Origin: Podarcis pityusensis
Lineage: Eukaryota
Strand: one strand, 5' to 3'
NCBI GenBank assembly: GCA_964106645.2
Contig: OZ067045.1
Length of the DNA stretch: 64,000 nt
Positions 51,368 through 61,959 of the stretch are shown here, piece after piece. Every line of letters starts with the position of its first letter. Position 1 is the first letter of the stretch. The translations under genes were made by a program, and so were the position numbers. Under the pieces are notes generated by a model. It was not told where the DNA came from. It saw nothing but the letters and a program-made list of their open reading frames with translations, and made no database searches.

Positions 51368-54343
51368 CTGCCTTGTCTTGCTGCCCTCTGGAGTCAGCTG
51401 TTTTGCTAGACTACCCAAAACAGGTTTCCCCCACCCAAAGAAGCCACAGGAATGACTCATAAATAGACAAGAATGTGATGTATTGTGGCTATCAGTCAAA
51501 AGAAGATTCTGAACAGATGACACAGAGCAAAAACAAAAATACTCCTCATTCCCAGTGTCCAATAATTGATTCTCAAACACTAATGCAATCCTTATGACTA
51601 GGCCTCAGAAAACTGAAGGGGACCATATCTGTTCTTTTCGCTCTTGGTCTCTTTCACCCCTACCCCACCCATCCTGTCAAGCCAACAAGACATCACAAAG
51701 GAAGCCTCTTCTGCCTCATCCATTACTAGCAAAACTGTCTGCTCAATTCCAACAGTACAACACTTTATTACTGCTTACAATGACACAAGAGGCAGGAATT
51801 AAACTGCTTGAGTTTTCCAGATCTCTGGTTGTGTTTTCCAAAGAAGGTAGCCTTAGGGGGGTGGGGCAAGACTGCCAATCATGTTGACTTGCAACTCAAG
51901 CGAATTTGATCTGAAAAAATCATTGTGAGCGTAAATACAGAATCCCACTCTGTAATTTTTACAGTTACAAGAAGACAGCAGTTTTTGAACATTAATCACT
52001 AGTATTTGGCACTTGTTAAAAATTAGATTTTCTCTGAAACTATGCACTACTGATCAATTATATGACAGCCAGCTTCCAGAGACAAATTTAGGAGATGAAT
52101 TATCTTATATTTGTTTGACGCTTTTTAAAGAAAACAAAGCAGTACTGCAGATACTGCTGAGGTGGTTTTACTATTTTCTTACCTCTAAGAAGCATCAAGC
52201 AACTGTCAGAAGTAACACACCTCATCTTAGGCAATTCTCTAGATGGGTACTAACCTTCTACAGTAGGGAAATATAGTGAAGATAAATGATTACTTCTCAG
52301 GTATAGAGCAAAATGTCTACCAACTTGCAGCTGAGAAACGAAGGTTATTTTTACTCTCTTTGGCAGGGGTGGGTGACCTTTGGTCTGCCAGTTGTTGCTG
52401 AACTACAAATCCCATCAGCCCCTGCAAGCATGGGATTTTATGGGAGTTGTAGTTCAGCAACATATGGAGGGCCAAAAGATTCCCACACCAGCTGAAATCT
52501 TTCTCAACTTGGTGCCTTTCAGATGTTTTGTATTTCAGCTTCAACCAGCACTACCAATGGTCAGGGTTGATGGAGTGCAAAACAGTCTGGGTTAGGGAAG
52601 GCTACTCTAGTGGTAAGGAGTAGGACTGAACAGTTATTTGAGTTTCGACCTGCATAGAATGGAATAGTCTTTTTAAACTAAGACCAGCCCAGGGATACAG
52701 TTTCACATGGATGAAATCACAGCTTGAAATGGGATGACAGAGAATCAATAACTTCTTGACCCACCTGTCTTTCATCCTGTGAAATGTTACTGTGCACATC
52801 ACAGGCAGATCATCATTTCTGGTGACCAGGGCTCATGTTTCCAAAGAGAAACAGTGACACAAGATAACCAGGAAGAGTGCTTAGCTGACACACTGAAATT
52901 CTTTGTTTACAACTTTGGAAGCGGGGAAGAGAAAAGCTTTAGGCAAATCACCGCTTCTGGGGCAGAATGAATTCAAAGAGTTGTTGCAAGGGTCAGCTAG
53001 ATAAATACATAAAAGGCTTCTGAATGTTGAAATGCTGTGTAAACCAATGGAAATGAGCATATGAAGTTCTCTTATGCCAATTCAAACTATTGGTCCATGT
53101 GGCCTAGTGTCTGGCAGCTCTCCAGGTCTGATGGACACAACTTCTGCTCCCTATGATGCTTTACTGGAGTTGCCAGGGATTGAGTATGTGAATTCTTTGT
53201 GCGCTCTATGACAAAGTACATCTCCTCTCCTTGATGTTCTGAAATTTCACCAGGTATGGTCCACAGCCTTTCAAACAGAGCTGCATGATTATAAGGGCCA
53301 GAAACTTGTTTTAAGAAAGGAAGGAAGGAAGGAGGGGAAAATACCGAGGCTGAATTCTGTGCCTGATATTGCCATTTCTACACAACTCTGACTCTCCTAC
53401 TACGTTAAAATCATGGCTACAATATATTCACTTTTAATAAACATTAACAGCTGTCTGTATTGAACTGCAGCTTGTAGCCCCCTATGGTTTATCATTTGTG
53501 CAGCTGTGGACCATTATGTGCAAACCAATGTACAGAAAGTTTCCCCAAAAGCAACTTTCCAAATTAATAAAGTGCAAAGTACCCCCTCCTGTGGCCAAAT
53601 ACGAAGCCCAGGAATTGCATTGGCAAATTGTATTCCAGGGAACTTGGGGGTCCTTGAAAGTTTATCAAAGTTCCTCAGTGATGTTATAACAGTATTCCTC
53701 AAAGACTCCTTGCTACCTCTGCCAATCTTTCTTGGCAATTTGCAGCAGAAGGAGAACATTACTTATGTTCTGTATTGCACACTGATCAGCGGGCCAATAG
53801 CAAGGCACAACAGAACTGCCCAGATCCCCGCACGAAGAGAGCACAGAGCACATCAGAATCCTGCACAATACACTGGCAGGTGCTCAGGGATTCCTCAGCT
53901 GGTAAATCAACATAGAAGTGTTTGGCACAGAGCAAGTTCCCTGAAAGCAAAAGCTTCAACAATCACTGCCAATAGCATGCCAGCTGCAGAGCCCCTAATA
54001 GGACATGCACACAAGAACTCTACAACCTTTGCTGATGGTACACTGTACTCCTCACATCAAAACTAGAAAAAAGTGTATTGAAAAGTGCAAAAGATCTCCA
54101 GAACTCGTTAGTGTCCAGGCTGATAGAAGGCCAAGAGTATAGGAGTGGGACCCTACAGGGACAGTCCCCAGAAAGCCACTGCATGAATAAAATTTTGGGG
54201 CAATGAGCCATGTTAAAGAAGCTACCTCTGAATAACAGCTTTATTCTTTAAAAGAACCAAAACTCAATAGGCACAATGCTTACAGGATTAATTTTCCTCA
54301 GAGAGAGAAAGGCTCTTCGTTCACATACACCTATTCCATATAT

Positions 54344-54481
54344 CAGGTGCGAGATATTTCTGGCCCTCCAGATGTTGCTGAACTACAACTTCCACCATCC
54401 CCGGCCATCAGGTATTCTCACTAGGGCTGATGGGAGCAGTAGTTCAGCAACTTCTGGAGATCCAAAGGCTCCACATGCCTG
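54344..54481. mobile_element. hAT-type palindromic MITE
   Basis: CAGG...CCTG termini, 8-bp TSD CCATATAT / CCATACAT (7/8), internal CCAGATGTTGCTGAACTAC / GTAGTTCAGCAACTTCTGG. Related copies at ~36050-36156, 43035-43147, 52364-52491 and 61445-61549. Confidence 0.75.
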
Positions 54482-55149
54482 CCATACATGGAAGCCAGGT
54501 GGACCTATCTGTAAAAGGGCTGCCACTACTGAGAAAGTCATACATCTTGTAACTATCTGCAAATGTTTCAGGAGGAAGAGGACACTTTACAGCAGGCCCT
54601 CTTCTGGGAATGCTAGAGGGAGGAGGCTGTCTGAAACCTGGAGCTAGCCTATCTGGGGCCTATTTCTACAACCATTTATTCCAAGTTAAATATTCCTGCA
54701 ACTCACCTCATCCTCAGATTGGTTACATTTTCAAGACAGGGGGTGGGGGGGTAGTCAATAAACACCAGAAAGTTTAAGGGCTCTCAATTCCACTTTCTTT
54801 CTTTTGAGATACAAGATTTCATGACAACTCCAATTATTTTTGATGAATAAACTGAATGGCCCAACTGTTGTCCCTGGAATTCCTTGAACTTACCAAGTTT
54901 TTTCCCCTGAAGGAACCATGTTTGCATCCTGATGGTGTTGGCAAGCACCTGAACCCTTCCCTACATCAGTATAGGAATGAGTGGCCCAAGAGCATTAAAC
55001 AGTGCTGTAGTTGTTTAACCCATTATCCAGCAGCAAACCTAGGCTTAGAACTAAATGTAAACACAGCAAGAAACAGCAGATAATCCCAAAGACATAAACT
55101 ACCTGGGACCCAAATATCTAAAAGATACTTCCCAATATTATCTCAGGTC

Positions 55150-55525
55150 CTATTATCAGCAGGGGAGGCCCTGTTAATCGTGCCACTGATCTGAGACAGG
55201 GCCTTCTTGGTAGCGGCTCCCTGTTTGTAGAATGCCCTCCCTGGTAAAGTACCTCTGTCTTCTTCATTAATTACTTTCACAAGGAAGTTAAACACATTTC
55301 TGTTCACCCAGGCATTTGAGAGTGAAAGAAGCTGTTCCTGTCAACCTTGAAAAGAAGAGCTGTGAGGATATGTGACTGTTTTTACATGTTTTTAGATCTT
55401 ATTATTGTTTTTAAACGCTTTAAATGGGTTTTTATTATAATTTAAATTGTCCTACTTGGCAGCTGACCACCCTGAGTTCCTGTGGGAAGATAGAAATTTT
55501 ATTTTTAAAAAATTGATTTAAAAAA
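55150..55525 (+). mobile_element. L2-type LINE 3' end
   Basis: AGGGCCTTCTTGGTAGCGGCTCCC...AATGCCCTCCC...AAACACATTTCTGTTCACCCAGGCATTT, T-rich 3'UTR, CCACCCTGAG. Confidence 0.6.
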
Positions 55526-58500
55526 ATTAATAAAATAAAATTTTTATATGGTACACATTAGTAAATTCTGACTTGTCAACATGCACACCCAACTTTAAAT
55601 ATACATGTAAACATTTCAGGGGCATTAAAAAAAAAAAAAGATAAAAGAATGTGAAGCGTTGCTAACTTGCATTTGAAAATGTTCCAGATTCATTACTACC
55701 CTCTCCTTGTTCTGATTCTTAAATTCTATTAAAGGAATTATCTGGAAATTAAAGTCACAAACCAATTCATTGCACAAGAACTTCTGGCAAAAGCATTTTC
55801 ATGTGTCTATTGCCTAAGAAACAACTTACGCAGTAGTTTGACATGCCATCCAACAAATCTCAGTGTCTTCTCAGCAATTCCCTAAAATTGCATCATACTA
55901 ATAAATCAACAGCTGCTATCTATCCTAAAGGTTGACACAGAGCTCTGTCGCCTTCTCTTTCCTGCAAAGATTTTCACTATTTTTTAATACATTTTTATCT
56001 TTACCCCAATGTTCCATTTCCTTCCTCTAGTCCTTACAATTGCTGAAAACTCAACTTTTTATCTTGAACTAGCCTCTTTTCCTGTTTTGCACAGTTACCT
56101 CCCTAGTCCAATAGCTGAAAAGATGACAAATGAAGTTCTTTAAAAACAACATGCAGGACTTTTACTTAATTATAACAACGCAAGTATTTTACATTGAATT
56201 TGAGTACATGATGTATCTGAAAATTAGGTAAGTGTTAAGAATTCAAACACAACTCAGCAAAAGCTTTTCTGATTCAGAAGGCTTTTCAGGAACAACCAAC
56301 TGATCTGCTTGTTTTTATATTAAACGTTTGCCGCTGTTTTCGTATTTTCTTGCTTAGAACTGGGCTGTGATGTGCTCTAACCCGTTTTACTGGATTTTTA
56401 AAATTGTAAGCCACTCAAGGATCTGGTTAAAACCAGAATGATAGAATGAGATATTTGGAGATTTTTAAAAGTACCACAGTCCTATTAATTAACCCATACA
56501 TTATTTCAAAGTATCCAGAATACAGCATATGTTACACCAAATACTGCAGCAGAGTCATTACAGATGTAGCAATCAGGTCAGTTTCCAGGACAGAAGCTGC
56601 ATCTTTGTCCCCAAAGGGTTGTGAGGCAACAGGGGGAGCTATAGCTTCAAATCCTGGGGGGCTATCCAGATGAATTTGCCTGGATCTGGGGCAGGGAAGA
56701 CATCAACTTTAGACCTGTACTTAGCGAGTCACACCTGTAGGCAACTTCTGTACAACCAAGCTTACTTCTGATCTGCTCCTATGCTACAATAACTTGAAAA
56801 GAAAACACAACTAGTCCCTACTTCCTCTCTTTTTTTCTGGTGGGGAAAAGAGATGCAACACTTTCTACAAGTAGGATTCACATTCTGCACCCATCCACAA
56901 AAGAAACCAAGGCTGCCTTTTCCCTTCAAGAAATGGCCACATGCAAACGCCCCAGAAGCATCTCCGGTTTTCAAGTCTGTGTTAAGGCTGTACTGAATAT
57001 ACATCAGCTACAGGTTTCCTGCAACAAAATGTACTAACAAAAGGGAGAAAGGGAATAAAAATGAGCTACTTGGAAAGAACGGGGGTGGGGGTGGGGATCC
57101 ATTTCTTCATTAACACTGCTTTCAAAGCTACCTCTTAACAGACAGCAATGTAGGCCCTTCAACGTTAGGTGCCAAGTAATCACAGATGCAGAGATGCCAG
57201 CTCTTCTGAATCAGGTGAAGCACTTTTGCAGCCTTGCATAGATTACTCTTAATTTATGGAGAAATAATCATGTTGGACATGATTGCACATTAGAAATTGC
57301 TAGAGATGCTTGCTTAGGGAAAATTCACACGTAGCCCTGGTTTCATGATTCAAGTGCCACTAACTTAGAGGTGCTTTACTCATTTATTCAACCTGTTTGT
57401 ATGTGCTGCCTTGTATAAAGCAATGCTACTGTGGTTAAGAGAAACTCTTGTACCAGCATGCTCTAGGCCTCAGAAGCTTGCAATGCAGCAAGAAACAAAT
57501 GAGAAGCCTTAACTCCCAAGTGTCAAAGAAACCAAGGCGGCAGGGAGGGGGGCAGCAGTCCTCTTTCAATTCCCTGCTGCTAACAACAGTCCAACAGGCA
57601 GGCAGAGCTAATCTCAACTATGCCTGGGACTGTAAGGAAAAACGAGCACCCCGGGTGCATTTTGTCTGGTTGCCTGGCAGAGAAATTAGAATTTTATTGT
57701 TAGTGCACTGCTTTCTTTGCAAGACTTGATCGAAAAGCTCAGAATCAGAAATAATATTTTATATTGTATATTTTAAAAAAATAAATAAAAAGGTGTGTTG
57801 CGACCATGATTTGTCACCCTGGATTTTGTTCTACTACACTTAGACTTTCCTCCCTGTTCAAAGATGTTTGATGGAGAAACTGATCCAGAGAATTAATGCT
57901 CACACCATTTCATCGCTGTGCTTTATGAATTAGCATCTGTTGCCAACCTCAGGTTTGCTCCAAGCCAGTGGAGCCAAAGGATCCCAAGTGCTGCATTGAA
58001 TCTATAGCTTGTTGGTTAACTAGGTCACCTTTTGCAAAGCTGCTAGCCAGTCCTTTATGCATGCACTGCTGGCACTGGGCCAAATCTCTGTCCTCAGTTA
58101 CACGTGTGAAACCCACCGTGACAAGCGAGATTGTTCGGAATCCAACACAGACACATGGTAGAATCTGGTCTATTATTCTCCTTGTGTCTCATCAAATGCT
58201 GGGTGCCAACATACTGTACAAAGGGAGAGAGGCCGCACTGGGTCAAACACAAGTGCTTCCCACGGGCTTTTATCTATGTCTGTTCTGTTGCCTATAACAC
58301 TGGGAATCGAGGGTTGCTTTAACCAGAAATGGCATACACCATGGTAGTGTGGACATGCGCCAAAATGAAATTTCCTTTTGACAAAATGGGTTTTGCCACG
58401 AATACAGGTTCTCACCGATGATCAAGTTCAGGGCCAGGTGTGTCCCCCGCTCCAGTTGAAAGGAGCTAGCAAGACATTTCTGACTTTTCCTACACGTGCA

Positions 58501-60116
58501 CTACAGCTGTGTGTCCTGCCTTTGGCAGAGGAGCAAACAGTTCATCCCAGCCCTCTGCACGCTAGCTGAGGACCGGAAGCCCACTGATCTCCTACCTAAT
58601 GTGAGTCATACCAGCAGCATTATTTTTGTTACGAGAAAGCAAGAGGAGAAATGGGTAAAGGTAGAAAGACGTGCAGTCAAAAACAAAATGAAATACAGGA
58701 ATGGGTCCCATGTGGCAAGCTGTGGTTAATGATGAGTCCAAGGTCTGAGAAGGTTGAAACAGGTCTTAGAGAGGCTGATGTAATCTAATTGTTAGGCAAA
58801 AGGTTCACTTTGGACTTGGGATGACATTCTGGACCTCTTCACCCTATCTATTTCAAACACTTCATCAAGTTTTGGTTTCATGCATCTCAACTGACCAAAC
58901 TTCCACCATTTCCCAAGAGCCATTTTCAATTTCTACAGTGTTTTCCCCCGAAGACCCAACCAGAGAGTCTCTTTACTCAGATTGATCTCATTGTGTCCTG
59001 CTACCAGCTTAAAAGAATTCCTTCATATCTGCTCTAAGGGAAAGCAAAGAGGAGAGGTGAAGGGGACATGTGCTTTCAAAGGGCTGAGTGCTAAGTTAGC
59101 TCCAGAAAAGGAATCTCGATCTGGTATTGAAGAGAAGGAAGTAGAAGTAGATGGGTGGCAGAAGCAGGGATGGATAAAACCACAGGAAAGGTATTTGAAA
59201 AGCCAGAATGATCAGTAGAAAAAAATGCAATACAAGTAAGAATAATGGGGGAATGTTGGTAAAACACACACAGGGATCCTGGTGAAACAAACTGAAGGAG
59301 GACCAAACCAATATAACAGACTAGCTATAGCTATATCCAGATAACTTTTCAAAAAGTCTGATAATATATATACTGGGCAAGTATCTCTATTTTAACCGCT
59401 TCTGTCATGCTAATTTCTGGTTAAATAGGTTTAACAGGCTTTTGTTGTGTTTCAAAAGCCTGTTTCACCAGGAACAAATAACAGAATTAAAAAAGAAGTG
59501 TGCACCATAAACTCTACTATATTACCTGAAAAACTCTTATTTGTACACAAGACAGCATGAGATAACAAAGAATTGACAGGTGACACTGTAAGAAAAAATA
59601 CAAAAATGAGCAGCAACATTGAGGGGGCTCACTAACTAAAGGTGAGAAGGGATTAGTTCATATTGTGTGTTAATATGGTGCATGAAGTTTTGAAATGAGG
59701 GTAGGAGAACAAAAGAAGAAAAATATGAGAGTGCATTTTTGTGTACCATGCTCACATATGATACACAATGCATTGTGTAACAGATGGGAATTATATTTAT
59801 TTATTCTTTATATGCCACACTTCTAGTGCTTACACATCACTCAGCTTCAACAGTAGGCTTTAAAAAAAATTATGCCACATCTGCATGCTTTATCACACAT
59901 ATACAACACAAACAATATCTACACTACTGTAGTCAATTCCTAGAAACAAAATATATTATTGTACAAAGGTTTGACGTGAGGTTGCAAAAAGGTGATTGTG
60001 TGTTTAATATTTTGTATATATAGCATTGTATCATGAAAAAGAATGTATAATGGAAAACACTGGGGTAATGAATGCTGGGAGGGGGGAGATAAGGGAAAGT
60101 GAAGAAAGTAATTAAG

Positions 60117-60296
60117 TCTGTACAGTATCCTAAACACACTTACTGGGGTGTAAGCTTTATTAAATATTGTGGCACTTACTTCTAAATAAGTGTGCATAAG
60201 GGCTGGTACTGCAGGGCTACACTCTTATACATGGTTACAGGGAGAAAATCCCAGAGTGGTGGGGCTTACTTGTGAGTAAACATGCATAGGAGCAGC
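60117..60296. mobile_element. Two tandem copies of a ~90-bp palindromic MITE
   Basis: ATCCTAAACACACTTACT...ACTTACTTCTAAATAAGTGTGCATA, then CTTACTTGTGAGTAAACATGCATAGG. Similar units at ~2107-2191 and ~60950-61033. Confidence 0.5.
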
Positions 60297-60585
60297 TAAA
60301 AGGGAGCAAAAAAATACAAATTGAGAAGGCATGAAAGAGTAATTGAAAAAGCCATTGAGAGCAAAAATGGAAGGTAAGTCAGAACAGAGAAAGAGTGGTT
60401 AAGTGGAAACATGAGGGGGGAGAAATGAAGGGTAGTGTGTGAGAGGAGTAAGGCAGTCAAAAAATGCTGAATACAAGGAAGGAATTGGGAACATGAAAAA
60501 GGTGAGTGGACAAAAGGAGTATTAATGGGCAGTTAATAGAAGCCTAAAGAGGCAATGGGGTGAAAGGCATAACCCAAGGAAAGGG

Positions 60586-60609
60586 ATGATGATGATGATG
60601 ATGATGATG
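60586..60609. repeat. (ATG)8 microsatellite
   Basis: Seen directly; produces the spurious poly-Met ORF start. Confidence 0.95.
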
Positions 60610-61589
60610 AGAAAAGCACAGTACTCAAGATATGATGCTTACTTATCACTCAACATGCCTTTTGCAAGCCACTTCACAATTTTAACAGCTATGCATTACA
60701 GCCCCATGTTGCACACACTCTCTAGAACCTGTAGTCTTCAACATGTTTTAAATCACGTACATCACAGAAACACACTGCACAGAGCTTCAGAGATCTCCAG
60801 CTTTTCAGCATACATCTTCATGGTTGAAAAACCAATGTGTGTCCCCACTTCAAAGATGATGGCATTAGCAGACCAACAGACATAACACAGGTCTGCAGCG
60901 CATTACCTGTTAAAGTCACATCTGAAGTTGTTCCAAGTTATATGCTTTATAGCACAATATGCTTTACACACATCCCTCCAAGTTTTAATGGGGCTTACTT
61001 ACTCCCCAGATAAGTGGATTTAAGACTGCAGTCTCAAGCCGGTCTGTTGTTCCCACCCTTTCAACACATGCTTATGAGGCAAAGTGAGGAACTCTAATCC
61101 ATGTAAACACTTGTGAAGACAGAGCAACTTAATACAGTAGTAACAATTCCAGATTAATTCTGAATGAACTCAAAAGATAAGATGGAGGTGTGGGGACAGA
61201 GGGGAGTTGTGGAGAGGTAACCAAAGGGATTAAGGAAGAGGGCACTATACAATACTAAATGAAGGTGGAATGTATTTGAGCCAGGGTTCAGCCCTGCAAC
61301 CTATTTCCAGTGTGCAAAAGGTGCAGCCCTGATGGAAAACCATACCTCTGAACATAGTCAGAAAGCCATTTCACGTTAATCAGCTATACAGGATTCAAAA
61401 GCAGAGCTTCCACACCAAAGGAATTGTTTCATCCCTGTCTACGGCAAGGGTAGCCAACATGGTGCTCTCAAGGTGTGGAGGACTTCAGTTCCCATCAGCC
61501 TCGGCCAGCATGACCAATGGTCAGGGACGATGGGAGTTGTATCTTGACAGCACCATATTGACTACCCTCATCTATGACACATTTTACAG

Positions 61590-61750
61590 CACTGGTCTTC
61601 AAGTGGTGGGTCACTGCCTGGTCCAAGGGGGGGGTCGCAAGGGGAGCAGTACCACCATGGTAACAGATGGGGAAAGATTAAGAAATGGGTCCCCATGCAC
61701 ATGCTTGGGTGAAAAGTGGGTCCTGGGTCTGAAAAGGTTGAAGATACCTG
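61590..61750. mobile_element. hAT (Charlie-like) MITE
   Basis: CACTGGTCTTCAA / TTGAAGATACCTG termini; flanks TTTTACAG / ATTTAGAG (6/8, Charlie-like target). Confidence 0.55.
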
Positions 61751-61959
61751 ATTTAGAGCACTTAGGCTCTTTGGGGCAGGGACCTGTCATTTCTCAGGCA
61801 CTCTGCTAAAAGAACCGTTACCATTGATAGCATCTGAATTAATGAAGTAGCGAACAGAAATTTAATTCAGAAGGCGGCAAAACCTGAGGAAAGGCATAGG
61901 AGGAAAAAGATGCCAAGAGAAAGCGTGTGTTTGTGTGTGCAGAGGGAGAGATGGAGAAG

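Noticed and set aside
53506-54066. 186-aa + strand ORF, the longest outside exon 1
   Set aside because: Starts at GTG, has no recognisable domain or splice structure, and is antisense within intron 1. An ORF of this length can occur by chance in 64 kb.
60300-60585. Long purine-rich tract on the + strand (also ~22840-23040)
   Set aside because: Low complexity with no mirror symmetry or defined ends that I could establish; no support for a specific function.
60586-60885. ORF beginning with eight Met
   Set aside because: Artefact of the (ATG)8 microsatellite.
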